DNA of 64,000 bases from Dehalococcoidia bacterium. Lineage in GTDB: Bacteria > Chloroflexota > Dehalococcoidia > UBA2979. The DNA lies in the NCBI GenBank assembly GCA_965204835.1, contig OZ242017.1, positions 365,384 to 429,383 of the forward strand, read 5' to 3'. The position numbers and the translations under genes are program-made. Under the pieces are notes generated by a model. That model ran no database searches, had not been told where the DNA came from, and was given only the letters and a program-made list of their open reading frames with translations. Shown here piece by piece: positions 37,766-49,795 of the stretch (its first letter is position 1; the number at the start of each line of letters is the position of its first letter).

Positions 37766-38012
37766 GGGACGACCCGAAGGTGACCGAGGCGGGGAGGCGC
37801 GGCGGTGGTGCGCCGACCTGCCGGATCAGGTACGGGCCTCTCCCGAACTTGCGCATCGCCGTCGTGATCGCTTCGTCGTACGTGGCGTAGGCGCCGATCA
37901 GCGACTCGTCGTGGAACACGACCCAGCGGCCGTGATGGTCGCGTTCGAGTCGCTCACGATGCGTGTCATACGCCGCGATCTGCCGGTCCAGGGCATCCAT
38001 GTGCTTGCTCAT
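37752..38012 (-). CDS. small DUF5678-like protein
   Basis: AY......LE..HHGRWVVFHD..LIG.Y.T..EA......FG.GPYLIRQVG; overlaps the protease start. Confidence 0.75.
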   Translation of the reverse strand: MSKHMDALDRQIAAYDTHRERLERDHHGRWVVFHDESLIGAYATYDEAITTAMRKFGRGPYLIRQVGAPPPRLPASVTFGSSRARA

Positions 38013-38092
38013 TCCCGCTGTGGGAGCGGTACGTGCGGGCCGACCTTAGCACGGTCGTGTGTGGATCCAGGCGGGGCGAGCGGCAGGACAGG

Positions 38093-39352
38093 CTAGTCGT
38101 CGAAGCGCTGGAGCGCGAGCACGGCGTTCTGGCCGCCGAAGCCGAACGAGTTCTTGAGCATCGTCCGCACGTCGGCGTTGCGCGACTCCTTCGGCACGTA
38201 GTCGAGGTCGCACTCCGGGTCGGGGTTATCGAGGTTGATCGTCGGGGCGATCCGGCCCGTCAGGAGCGCCTGGATCGCGGCGATCGTCTCGACGCCGCCG
38301 GCGCCGCCGAGCAGGTGCCCGACCTGCGACTTGAAGGCCGTCACCGGCACCCGGTAGGCGTGCTCGCCGAAGACCGCGCGGATCGCCTTCGTCTCCGCGA
38401 TGTCGCCCACCTCGGTCGCCGTGGCGTGCGCCGAGATGTAGTCGATCTCCTCGGCGGCGAGGCCCGCGGCGTCCAGCGCCGACTGCATCGCGCGCGCCGC
38501 GCCCTCGCCACCGTCGGGGGGCGCGACCAGGTAGGCGGCGTCCGCGCTCACGCCGTAGCCGAGCACCTCGACGAGCGGGCGCGCGCCGCGCGCCTGCGCG
38601 TGCTCGAGGCTCTCCAGCACGAGCAGCCCGGCGCCCTCCGACGGCGCGAAGCCGTCGCGGTCGCGGTCGAAGGGGCGCGAGGACTCGGCGGGGCGGTCGT
38701 TGAAGCCGGTGGTGAGGGCGCGCATGGCGCAGAACGCCGCAAGGCCGAGCTCGGAGATGCCGGCCTCGCTGCCGCCGGCGAGCATCACGTCGGCCTCGCC
38801 GCGGCGGATCACCTCGGCGGCGTCGCCGATGGCCTGGGTGCCGGCCGCGCAGGCCGTGGTCACGGTGTTGGTGTGGCCGAGCAGGCCGAGCTGGATGGTG
38901 AGGTTCCCGGCCGCCATGTTCGGCAGCATCTTCGCGAGGTACAGCGGGTCGACGCGCATCCCGCCCCGGCCCAGCACCGTGCGCATCGCGCGGTCGGTCT
39001 CCGGGAGCCCGCCGCCGCCGTTGCCGAGCACCGTGCCGACGCGGCGGCGGTCGATGGTGTCGAGGTCCAGCGCGGCGTCGTCGAGGGCCTGCTTGCCGGC
39101 GGCGATGGCGAACTGTGAGAAGCGCGCCATGCGGCGCGCGGTGCGGCGGTCCATCCACTCGGTCGGGTCGAACTCCTCGACCTGGCCGGCGACCTTGCAG
39201 GGGTAGTCGGTGGGGTCGATGGCGGTGAGCTCGGTGATCCCGGACTCGCCTGCGGCGGCGCGCTGCCACATCTCGTCGACGGTGTTGCCGAGCGGCGAGA
39301 TGACGCCCATGCCCGTGATGACGATGCGCCCGCGTCCGTTGCCCGATGCCAT
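38093..39352 (-). CDS. fabF: 3-oxoacyl-ACP synthase II
   Basis: IVITGMG, TACAAG (Cys), AHATAT (His), GHLLGGAG (His), NSFGFGG. Confidence 0.95.
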   Translation of the reverse strand: MASGNGRGRIVITGMGVISPLGNTVDEMWQRAAAGESGITELTAIDPTDYPCKVAGQVEEFDPTEWMDRRTARRMARFSQFAIAAGKQALDDAALDLDTIDRRRVGTVLGNGGGGLPETDRAMRTVLGRGGMRVDPLYLAKMLPNMAAGNLTIQLGLLGHTNTVTTACAAGTQAIGDAAEVIRRGEADVMLAGGSEAGISELGLAAFCAMRALTTGFNDRPAESSRPFDRDRDGFAPSEGAGLLVLESLEHAQARGARPLVEVLGYGVSADAAYLVAPPDGGEGAARAMQSALDAAGLAAEEIDYISAHATATEVGDIAETKAIRAVFGEHAYRVPVTAFKSQVGHLLGGAGGVETIAAIQALLTGRIAPTINLDNPDPECDLDYVPKESRNADVRTMLKNSFGFGGQNAVLALQRFDD

Positions 39353-39388
39353 GGTTACTCGCGGCCTCCGTGAAGCGTACGCGCCAGT

Positions 39389-40747
39389 CTAGCGCAGTCC
39401 GTACGCCCGGTCGCCGGTGACGCCGAGGATGTGCTCGCGCGCCTCGGAGACCGTGTACAGCGAACCCGTGATGAGCACCGTGCCGGCCTCACCCGCAAGC
39501 GTCCGGGCGAGCTCCGCCGCCGCCGCCACGTCGGGAGCGCGCTGCACCGCCGCCCCCTCGGCGCGGAACGCCTCCTCGACCTCGCCGGGGTCGGCGGCGC
39601 GCTCCGAGGACGGCGAGGTGACGATGACCGTGGTCATCGCCTCGCCGTCGGGGCCGAGCAGCGCCCGGGCCACCGCCGCGGCGTCGCGGCCGCCGAGGAA
39701 GCCCGCGACCAGCACGCGCGGCCGGGCCAGCCCGAGCGCGTCGACGGTCTCGCGGAAGCGCGTGGCCGCGAGCGGGGTGTGGAGCGCGTCGGCGACGATC
39801 AGCGGGCGGCGTCGCAGCACCTCGAAGCGCCCGGGCCACGCGACGCGCCCGAGACCCCGCGCGACGGCCTGGGCGGGCAACTCCTCGCCCGCCACGGCCC
39901 ACGCCAGCTCGGCGGCGCGCACCGCCGCCGCGGCGTTCTCGGCCTGGTGGCGGCCGATCAGCGGGAGCTGGAGCCGCCGGTACGTGCGCAGCGGCGTACG
40001 CAGGTCGAAGGTCTGGCCGTCGAGGTTCTGGCCCGTCACGCGCATCGCGCACTCGGTCGCGACCTCGTGCAGCGTCGCGCCCGCCTCGGCGGCCTTCGCG
40101 CGGACCACGCCGATCGCGCTCTCGCGCAGCGGCGCGACGACCGCCTCGCAGGGGCCGGTGAGGATGCCGGCCTTCTCGGCGGCCACCTCCGGGATCGTGT
40201 CGCCGAGGATGGCCGTGTGCTCGAGGTCGATGGGCAGCACCATCGCCACATCCTTGCGGGCGATGACGTTGGTGGTGTCGAGGCGGCCGCCGAGGCCGAC
40301 CTCGAGGACCTGCCAGTCGCACGCGGCCTCGGCGCCCGCGAGCCAGCCGAGCACCGTGACGAGCTCGAAGTACGACCAGCCCTCCGTCGCCTCGTCACCG
40401 AGCAGCGCCTGCGAGAGGCGCGCGAACGTCGCATGGTCCAGCGGCTCGCCGTCGACGCGGACGCGCTCGCGCGACTGGTGTACGTCCGGCGAGGTCAGGA
40501 GCAGCGTGTGCGCGCCGGCCGCGCGCAGGAGCGACTCGACCATCGCGGCGGTCGAGCCCTTGCCCTTGGAGCCGGCGACGTGGACGGTGCGGCGCTCCTC
40601 GGGCTTGCCGGCGCGGTCCAGGTAGTCGCGGATGTGGGTGACGCGGAAGCGCTTGGCCTCCTGCGGGTTGCCGCTGCGCTCGAAGCCGCCGCGGCCCAGC
40701 AGGCCGCGCACAGCCTCGACGTACGCCTGGACCGACTCGTCGAGCAT
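39389..40747 (-). CDS. folC: folylpolyglutamate synthase/dihydrofolate synthase
   Basis: HVAGSKGKGST, SYFE, EVGLGGRLDTTN, EKAGI, WPGRFE, TGSLY. Start approximate. Confidence 0.92.
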   Translation of the reverse strand: MLDESVQAYVEAVRGLLGRGGFERSGNPQEAKRFRVTHIRDYLDRAGKPEERRTVHVAGSKGKGSTAAMVESLLRAAGAHTLLLTSPDVHQSRERVRVDGEPLDHATFARLSQALLGDEATEGWSYFELVTVLGWLAGAEAACDWQVLEVGLGGRLDTTNVIARKDVAMVLPIDLEHTAILGDTIPEVAAEKAGILTGPCEAVVAPLRESAIGVVRAKAAEAGATLHEVATECAMRVTGQNLDGQTFDLRTPLRTYRRLQLPLIGRHQAENAAAAVRAAELAWAVAGEELPAQAVARGLGRVAWPGRFEVLRRRPLIVADALHTPLAATRFRETVDALGLARPRVLVAGFLGGRDAAAVARALLGPDGEAMTTVIVTSPSSERAADPGEVEEAFRAEGAAVQRAPDVAAAAELARTLAGEAGTVLITGSLYTVSEAREHILGVTGDRAYGLR

Positions 40748-40779
40748 GTTGGGGTCCGCGCTTCGCGGCGCGGTCGCGT

Positions 40780-41214
40780 CTACGACTGCCGCCGTCGCGC
40801 GATCATATAGGTGACGCGGCCCACCGCGACCGTCGTGCCCGCGGCGTCGGTCACCTCGACCGTGGTGTAGACGACGCGGCGGCCGCCTCCGAGCACGCGC
40901 GCCTCGGCGGTCACGTCGCTGGTGGCGGCTGCGAGGTAGCTCACGTTGAGGTCCGTGCTGGCGAAGCCACCCCACGTCTCGTCGTCGTCCTGGCGCGTGG
41001 TGAGCAGCGCGGCGGAGCCCGCTGCGTCGATGAGCGAGGCGAGCACGCCGCCGTGCAGGGTGTCCGGCCGGCGCGTCTCCAGCTCCGGCCGCGCGGGAAT
41101 GCGCAGGCGCGCCATGCCCTCCTCCGCCCCGACCACCTCGATGCCGAGGGTGCGCCAGAACGCCACCTCGTCGGGGGCGATGCGGGCGAGGAGCTGCTCC
41201 TGCGTCGGCGTCAC
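40780..41214 (-). CDS. PaaI family thioesterase
   Basis: LHGGVLASLIDAAG, STDLNVSYL; GTG start overlaps the ABC gene stop. Confidence 0.88.
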   Translation of the reverse strand: MTPTQEQLLARIAPDEVAFWRTLGIEVVGAEEGMARLRIPARPELETRRPDTLHGGVLASLIDAAGSAALLTTRQDDDETWGGFASTDLNVSYLAAATSDVTAEARVLGGGRRVVYTTVEVTDAAGTTVAVGRVTYMIARRRQS

Positions 41215-43177
41215 CGGGCTGCGCCCTCCCGCGGGGCGGTGGCTGCGCCGCCCGCGCCGTTCCCGCCGACCCCGTCGCCGCCGAGGCCGTCGCCGTCCTC
41301 GGAGCGGCGGTAGGTCATGCGGTAGAGGTCGGCGTAGATGCCGTCCTCGGCGATGAGCTCCTGGTGGTTGCCGATCTCGACGATCTCGCCGTCGCGCATC
41401 ACGACGATGCGGTCGGCGCTGCGGATGGTCGAGAGCCGGTGCGCGATCACCAACGAGGTGCGGCCCCGCAGGATCGTCCTCAGCGCCTGCTGAATCAGCC
41501 GCTCGGAGTGCGTGTCGATGTTCGCGGTGGCCTCGTCGAGGATGAGGATGCGCGGCTCCGCGATGATCGCGCGCGCGAAGGCGATGAGCTGGCGCTGGCC
41601 GACCGAGAGGTTGGTGCCGCGCTCGTGCAGGTCGCTGTGGTAGCCGTCCGGGAGCCGCTCGATGAAGTCGTGCGCGCCGACCGCGCGCGCGGCGTCGGCG
41701 ATCTCCTCGTCGGTGGCGTCGAGGCGGCCGTAGCGGATGTTGTCGGCGATGGTGCCGGAGAACAGGTACGGCTCCTGCAGCACGACGCTCATGCGGCGGG
41801 TCAGCGAGGCGCGCTGGATCTCGCGCAGGTCGGTGCCGTCGACGAGGATCGAGCCGCCCTCGATGTCGTAGGAGCGGTTGACCAGCGCGGTGACGGTGGT
41901 CTTGCCCGCGCCGGTGTGGCCGACGAAGGCGATGGTCTCGCCGGGCTCGATGTGGAGGTCGAACTTGCGGAGCACGGGCACGTTCTTGACGTAACTGAAG
42001 TCGACCTCGTTGAAGTCGATCCGCCCCTCGACGTCTGCGAGCACCTTCGCGTCCGGTGGGTCGACGATCTCGGGCTCGGTGTCGAGGACCTCGAAGATGC
42101 GGTGCGCGCCGGCCATGGCGCGCTGGAGCATCGTGTACTGGAGGACGATGTCGCGCACGGGGTTGAAGAAGCGCTGGATGTAGAGCAGGAAGCCGATCGA
42201 GTAGGCGAGCGCCTCGCCTGCGCCGAGATCGCCGGCGAACGTGCGCACGCCGATCACCACCAGCACGACCGCCGTCGCCACCGTCGAGAGGAACTCGACC
42301 ATCGGGATGACGGCGGCCTGGAGCTTCACGGCGTCCATGTTGGCGTCGAGGTTGACGCGGTTGAGGCGCTCGAACTGGCGGAGGTTCTCGTCCTCGCGGT
42401 TGAGCGACTGCACGATGCGCACGCCGGAGACGTTCTCGTTGATCGAGCCGTTGACGATGGAGATGCCCTGGCGCACGCGGATGAAGGCCTGCGCCGCGGG
42501 GGTCTGCCACCACACCATGAAGATCATCAGCAGCGGGATCACCGACAGCGAGATCACCGCCAGCAGCGGGTCGAGCAGGAACAGGAACAGCACGATCAGC
42601 CCCAGCCCGACGATGTCGGCGAGGATGTTGAGGAAGCCCGAGGTGATCAGCTCCTGCAGCGTGACCACGTCGGACGTGACGCGCGACATCACGCGCCCGA
42701 CCTCCTCGCGGTCGAAGAAGCTGAGCGAGAGCTTGTTGAGGTGCTCGAACATCTGCGAGCGCAGGTCGCGCAGGATGCGGTGCCCGACGTACCCCGTCAT
42801 CAGCCGCTGCAGCGCCGCGGAGGCGAACGAGAACGTCGCGAGGCCCACCAGCAGCGCGCCGAAGTTCAGGATCTCGTTGTCGACCGCGGCAAGCTCAGCG
42901 GGCGTCCCTGAGCGCAGCTTTTCGACGATCGACTCGGTCGCGACGGCCATCACGTATGGCTGGGCGTAGGAGGCGACGGCGAAGACGAGCATCGCGATGG
43001 TGGCGACGATCGTCTGCACCTTGTACGGCCCGAGGAACGGGAACAGCCGCTTGACCAGGTCCGGCTCGTAGACACGGCCAAGCTCGGCGTAGTCCCAGCC
43101 GTCGACGGCGCGGCCGCCTCGCACGCCGCGCTGGTCGCCGGACCATCCGCCCGCCTGTCCGCCGCCCCAGTACGCCA

Positions 43178-43178
<1 letters not shown>
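41211..43178 (-). CDS. ABC exporter, fused TMD-NBD, subunit 2
   Basis: GHTGAGKT, LSVGQRQ, ILILDEAT, IAHRLST. Confidence 0.95.
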
Positions 43179-45064
<1,886 letters not shown>

Positions 45065-45195
45065 TCTACCTCACGTCTTACGTTAAGGGCGGGTGGGCTC
45101 CCGTAGTCCGAATGTAATTATCGAGCACGCGACCGCCCGTCGTTCCGTAATCATCATGTTCGTCGTACAATCACGTTGCTTATAGAGGGCGCGGT

Positions 45196-46173
45196 ATGGG
45201 CTTACCCGTTGTCCGGCATCTGCTGCGGCCCCGGCACGCGCCGGCGTGGCTGCTGCTCGCCGTGGCGCTCGCGTGCGTCGCGCTGGCGGGCTGCACGGGG
45301 CGCGAGGGAGACGACGCGCCCGTCGAGGCGCCGCAGGCAACGGCAACCCCGGCCGCGCCCGCACCGGCGACCGCAACGGCGACTGCGGCGCCGACCCTCG
45401 ACATGCCGTCGCCGGAGTCGCTGGATGCGGCGCTGCAGGCGTTGATCGGCAGCATGCGCGGTGGCGGGACCGATCCGTTCGGGGGGCCGCCCGAGGCGCT
45501 CCCGCCGGAGCTGCGCGCGCTACTCGAGGCGCTCGGCATCGACCTGCTGCTCGGCGCGGCCGTGAACGAGGCGCGTGGCGGCCTGGCCGTCGAGGTGGTG
45601 TTCGCCGGCTCGCCCGCCGAGCAGGCCAAACTCCGCACCGGCGACGTGATCGTCGCGATCGATGGTGTGCCGGTGAGTTCCGGCGCGGAGCTTCGCGCGG
45701 CGGTGCAGGCCATGACGGCCAGCGAGGTCTTCGTCCTCACGCTGGACCGTGGCGGGGCCACGCGCATGATCGGCGTCGTGCGCCCGTCCTCGGAGGAGTC
45801 GTTCTGGCGCTCGGACATGCTCAGGACGCTCGCGCTGGGTCTCATGCTGGCGAACCGCCCGGGCGGGCTCGCGCTGCCGCCGTCGCTGCTCGGCGAGCTG
45901 ATGGAGGAGACGCCGGACGGTCTGCGCGTGTTCGCGGTGTTCCCCGGCTCGCCCGCAGACGCCGCTGGACTGCGCGCCGGCGACTACGTGCTTGCGATCG
46001 AAGGCCGCGCGATGCGCACGCTCGACGACCTCAACGAGTTCATGACGAGCTTCAATCCCCTCGCCGGTGACACCGAGGTGACGCTGCGGCGGGATGGCCG
46101 CGAGATGACGGTCCGCGTCGCGTTCCGGATCGGCGGGCTGTTCGGCGCCGGGGCGCCCGCCCCCGCCGAGTAG
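45196..46173 (+). CDS. lipoprotein with two PDZ domains
   Basis: Lipobox LAGC; GSPAEQAKLRTGDVIVAIDG and GSPADAAGLRAGDYVLAIEG. Confidence 0.85.
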   Translation: MGLPVVRHLLRPRHAPAWLLLAVALACVALAGCTGREGDDAPVEAPQATATPAAPAPATATATAAPTLDMPSPESLDAALQALIGSMRGGGTDPFGGPPEALPPELRALLEALGIDLLLGAAVNEARGGLAVEVVFAGSPAEQAKLRTGDVIVAIDGVPVSSGAELRAAVQAMTASEVFVLTLDRGGATRMIGVVRPSSEESFWRSDMLRTLALGLMLANRPGGLALPPSLLGELMEETPDGLRVFAVFPGSPADAAGLRAGDYVLAIEGRAMRTLDDLNEFMTSFNPLAGDTEVTLRRDGREMTVRVAFRIGGLFGAGAPAPAE

Positions 46174-46185
46174 CCGGGCGACCCC

Positions 46186-47451
46186 TCATGTCGCGGCCTC
46201 CAGCAGGCCCGTGTCGTCGCGAGGAAACACCGGCGCCCACGAGATGTCCGTGCGCACGCCGTCGAACGTGCGGCCCGTGTGGTGGGCGAGCACGCGCAGC
46301 GTGAGCGCGTCGCGCTGCCGCAGCGCGGCGGTGCGGATCAGCCGCTTGCGCGCCACCTTGCGCAGCAGTGGGTCGAGCTCGATGCGCAGCGCGACGCCGG
46401 AGTGGTCGCCGCCGCCGTCGCCGAACGCGACGCGCGGCGTCTCCGCCAGGTCGTGCAGCGTGCGGTACACCAGGTCGACGTAGTCGACGTGCAGGCGCAC
46501 GCCGCCGCCCTGCAGCAGGTCCAGCAGGTAGGCGCGCGCCTGCTCCGGCAGCTCCCACACCGCGCCCGGCTGCACCGCGATGTCGCGTGACGCCTCGACG
46601 TTCTCGAGGACGGCGATGGGGTTCCCGGACAGCTCGATGATGCGGCTGAGCTGCGTGAGCGCGCGGTTGAGCTCGACGATCGACTCGCGCAGCGGCTCGA
46701 TGTCGGAGACGCCCCAGAGGTGCTTGGGGCGCGGGACGTTGGGGTAGATGACGAACGGGATCACGCCGTACGGGTTGGCGCGCGCCTCCGCCAGCTCCTC
46801 CTCTACCCAGAACTCGAAGCGCTCGGCCGTCCACACCTCGGTGACCTGCACCGAGGCCGGCGGGCGGCCGCCCGCGCCGCGCGGGAGCCGGCCCGTGCGC
46901 GCCTCGACCTGCTCGGGCGCCACCTCGTAGCGCGACGCGACGCGCCAGATGCGGCGCACGTCGTCGCCGAGGCTCCAGGCGTGGAGGCCCTGCACGTCGG
47001 GCGCGGAGACTACGACACGCTGCTCGCGCTCGTCCCACGTCACCTTGTAGGCGCCGTCGCCGAGCACGGCGGTGTCCAGCTCGCCGTCGAGGTCGAGGCG
47101 CAGCAGGTCGTTCGCCTCCCACATCTCGAGGAGCGCGCGCTCCGCCTCGGCGGCGCGACGCCGGCCCTCGGGCGTCTCCTCGGCGGCGGTGACCACGGGG
47201 CGGTGGTCGCTCACGAGGTAGGCCGCGCCCTTCTCGACGAAGGCGCGGGCGTAGTTGAAGTGCAGCATCCGCTCGCGCCGCGACCCGGGCGCCGCGCCGC
47301 GCCGGCCCTCGAAGAAGTCGAGCAGCTCGCGGTAGCGTGCGAAGCGGTCGCGGTCACGCTGCGCGAGCGCGCGCGGGAACGCGACGTGCCCGGCGGACGA
47401 GGCCGCCGAGGGCGCCGAGGGGATGCCGAGGCTTGCGGCGGTCGTGGTCAT
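46186..47451 (-). CDS. phage portal protein (SPP1 gp6-like)
   Basis: 421 aa from ATG 47451. LDFFEG, FNYARAFVEK, AVLGDG, NPYGVIPFVIYPN....WGVSD, SGVAL, I.W.PVFP.D. Confidence 0.85.
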   Translation of the reverse strand: MTTTAASLGIPSAPSAASSAGHVAFPRALAQRDRDRFARYRELLDFFEGRRGAAPGSRRERMLHFNYARAFVEKGAAYLVSDHRPVVTAAEETPEGRRRAAEAERALLEMWEANDLLRLDLDGELDTAVLGDGAYKVTWDEREQRVVVSAPDVQGLHAWSLGDDVRRIWRVASRYEVAPEQVEARTGRLPRGAGGRPPASVQVTEVWTAERFEFWVEEELAEARANPYGVIPFVIYPNVPRPKHLWGVSDIEPLRESIVELNRALTQLSRIIELSGNPIAVLENVEASRDIAVQPGAVWELPEQARAYLLDLLQGGGVRLHVDYVDLVYRTLHDLAETPRVAFGDGGGDHSGVALRIELDPLLRKVARKRLIRTAALRQRDALTLRVLAHHTGRTFDGVRTDISWAPVFPRDDTGLLEAAT

Positions 47452-47822
47452 CGAGGCATCTCCTCCATGCTGCGTCGCGGAGTGGCGGCCGCCCGGGCCG
47501 GGTCGCGGGGCGCGCCCTCCAGGGCGCGGAACACCGTGCGGCGCGAGACCTGGAAGCGGCGCGCAATCTCGTTCACGGCGACGCCGCCGTCCAGGCGCAT
47601 GCGCCGGATCTCGCGGTCGCGCACGCGGTTGAGCATGGCGCGCACGCCGCCCGGCTCGTCGTAGCGGCAGCGTGGGAGCGGGCAGCTCAGGCACGAGGGG
47701 AACAGGTCGCAGCCGCGGTCGCGGTAGTCGACATGCTCCGGCAGCGCGTCCTCGCGGATCAGCCGCGGCGGCGCCGCGGGTGCGTCGAGGGCGGGCGTCG
47801 GGCTCGGTGAAGCAAGACTCAT
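47448..47822 (-). CDS. Cys4-motif + helix-turn-helix protein
   Basis: 124 aa from ATG 47822. YRDRGCDLFPSCLSCPLPRC then VNEIARRFQVSRRTVFRAL. Confidence 0.8.
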   Translation of the reverse strand: MSLASPSPTPALDAPAAPPRLIREDALPEHVDYRDRGCDLFPSCLSCPLPRCRYDEPGGVRAMLNRVRDREIRRMRLDGGVAVNEIARRFQVSRRTVFRALEGAPRDPARAAATPRRSMEEMPR

Positions 47823-49252
47823 GTGGTGACCTCCATCGAAGCAGGCGCGCCGAGCGCGCCGCGGCCCCGCGCCGTGCGTGAGCCGCCGCCGTGGCGAGCG
47901 GCGTCGACGGCCAGCGCGAGGCTCATCAGGTAGTCGTCGTGCCCGTCGGCGGGGTCGACGTGGAATTGCATCGTGCGCTCGTCGCGGTAGACGGCGCGGG
48001 CCAGCTCCAGCTGGCGGCGGCACTCGGCCGCCTCGGCCGAGCCGTCCGCGCGGTACAGCCGGAGCCGGCCGGAGTGCGCCGCCGCCAGCAGCCCGAAGCC
48101 GAGCTGCGACTTGCGCGGGGTGCTGAACACGACCGCGTCGACGCGGCCGCTGGGGAGACGGCGCGCGAGCAGGTCGGCGATCGGCGCGCCGAGGCCCGTC
48201 GCGTCGACGGCGAGGCGGCGCACGCGCCACGTGTTGCGCAGCCGGTCGGCCAGCGTCTCGACGATCGCGTCGGTCGCCTCGCCTCGCCACGCCTGGTGCT
48301 CGACCACCTCGATGGTGGGGAGCCCACCGGCGGTCGAGCGCACGCGCGCGATCGTGAGCACGGTCCAGTCGCGGTCGCGCGCGTGCGTGTGACCGTCGAG
48401 GGCCGGCCCGGCGAGGTCGAGGCCCGCGACGTAGTGCTCGCCGGGGAAGGGCGAGCGCAGCCGCTCGTGGCGCCCCTCGAGCTGCGCGCGCACCGCCGCG
48501 TCCAGCAGGCGGTCCTCGTCGTGCAGGACGTCGAGGAGGTACTGCGTGCGGAAGATCGGGTGGCGCTCGCCGAGCCGCGCGCGTTCGCCCTCGACATACG
48601 CGCCGTACGCGGGATTCGCGTCGGCGACCCGCTCCCAGTCCACGCGGAAGTGGCGGCGCGGGCCGCCGGCGCGCTCGGCGTCGAGGTGCTGTGCCTCGGC
48701 CTGCGCGAGCAGCGAGCGCGGCCCCCACGGCGTGCCGTAGTAGACCACCGGCGCGTTCGTCGACGCCGCCATCGGGCGGAAGTCGCGGTCGAACTTGTCG
48801 GGCCGCACGTCCTGCGCCTCGTCGACCTCGAGCAGCACGTCGGCCGTGTGGCCCACGACGTTCGCGCCGGGCTCGGCGGAGAGGTAGCGCACGCTCGCGT
48901 GGCCGCAGCGCACCGTCGCGGCGCCCTCGCGCGCGACGACGCGTTCGAGGCCCGCCTCGCGGGCGCGGGCGAGCAGGCGGTCGCGCGAGAGCATGGCCTG
49001 CGGGGAGAACGTCGGGGCGCACTTCACGGCCGTGCCGCCGCGCACGGCGCGCGTGAGCAGCAGCGCGAGCTCGACCTGCGCCGAGATCTCGTTCTTGCCG
49101 CCCTGGCGCGCGATCAGCACGGAGATCGAGCCGCCCTCGCGCGCTGCGGTCAGCCCGAGGATCGCGCGGGCGACCTCGGCCTGGTACGGGCGCAGCTGCG
49201 GCAGCGCCCGCGAGCGCTCCTCGGCGCGTGCGGCCGTCGCGGTGGCGCTCAT
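47819..49252 (-). CDS. phage terminase large subunit
   Basis: LRPYQ, Walker A-like ARQGGKNE, Walker B LEVDEAQD, coupling motif YGTP, nuclease acids AGLDLAG, VDATGLG, HDD. Confidence 0.88.
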   Translation of the reverse strand: MSATATAARAEERSRALPQLRPYQAEVARAILGLTAAREGGSISVLIARQGGKNEISAQVELALLLTRAVRGGTAVKCAPTFSPQAMLSRDRLLARAREAGLERVVAREGAATVRCGHASVRYLSAEPGANVVGHTADVLLEVDEAQDVRPDKFDRDFRPMAASTNAPVVYYGTPWGPRSLLAQAEAQHLDAERAGGPRRHFRVDWERVADANPAYGAYVEGERARLGERHPIFRTQYLLDVLHDEDRLLDAAVRAQLEGRHERLRSPFPGEHYVAGLDLAGPALDGHTHARDRDWTVLTIARVRSTAGGLPTIEVVEHQAWRGEATDAIVETLADRLRNTWRVRRLAVDATGLGAPIADLLARRLPSGRVDAVVFSTPRKSQLGFGLLAAAHSGRLRLYRADGSAEAAECRRQLELARAVYRDERTMQFHVDPADGHDDYLMSLALAVDAARHGGGSRTARGRGALGAPASMEVTT

Positions 49253-49482
49253 CAGCCCGCCACCCGGCTGAGCAGCTCGGTGATGCCGACCCCGACCACG
49301 GTCAGGAACAGCGCCGTGATGCGCCCGCGCAGCTCGGACAGCTCGCGCTCGACACGGTCGAGGCGGCCCGCGAGGTCGTGCGCCGGGGGAGGCGGCTCCT
49401 CGCGTCGCGCGCCGCCGCGCGGAGACGCGAGCCTGCGCACGGCGCGGGCGAGGCGGTCGGGGGGCGGGCGGCGCCTACTCAC
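49252..49482 (-). CDS. small coiled-coil protein with C-terminal TM helix
   Basis: RLDRVERELSELRGRI then TALFLTVVGVGIT; overlaps both neighbours. Confidence 0.7.
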   Translation of the reverse strand: MSRRRPPPDRLARAVRRLASPRGGARREEPPPPAHDLAGRLDRVERELSELRGRITALFLTVVGVGITELLSRVAG

Positions 49483-49795
49483 GGGGCGCTCCCAGCACCT
49501 CGCCGAACTCCTCGAGCACGTTCGCGACGGCGTCGCCCAGGTGCTCGGCCTGCTTCGGGGAGAGGCGGTGCTGCGCCAGCAGCGCCTGCACCAGCAGGCG
49601 CACGCCGCTCTGCAGCACCTTCGGGTCGACGTCCGCGTCGCGGTCGGCGAGGGCGCGACGGAGCTGCAGCCGCAGCAGCGCGACCTCGTCGTCGAGACCC
49701 TCGACCTCGCGCGCGACGTGGAAGTCGTGGCGGTCGGCGGCGTCGAGCACCGAGTCGTAGAAGCTGGCGCGCGTCGGGCGCTCGGCGGGGCTCAC
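49475..49795 (-). CDS. putative terminase small-subunit-like protein
   Basis: Helical 106 aa with SFYDSVLD...EGLDDEVALLRL, two genes upstream of TerL. Function is inferred. Confidence 0.55.
   Translation of the reverse strand: MSPAERPTRASFYDSVLDAADRHDFHVAREVEGLDDEVALLRLQLRRALADRDADVDPKVLQSGVRLLVQALLAQHRLSPKQAEHLGDAVANVLEEFGEVLGAPRE

Noticed and set aside
36661-38060. ACGGTCGTGT at 36661 and 38051 as cassette boundaries
   Set aside because: Only 10 bp, and it encloses an apparently native gene; could be chance.
40780-42513. 577-aa thioesterase fusion
   Set aside because: The N-terminal part is an out-of-frame overlap with the ABC gene; the real start is GTG 41214.
47448-49022. 524-aa ORF suggesting a frameshift fusion with terminase
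   Set aside because: Only the last 124 codons look coding; they have their own ATG overlapping the TerL stop and a GGAGG upstream.
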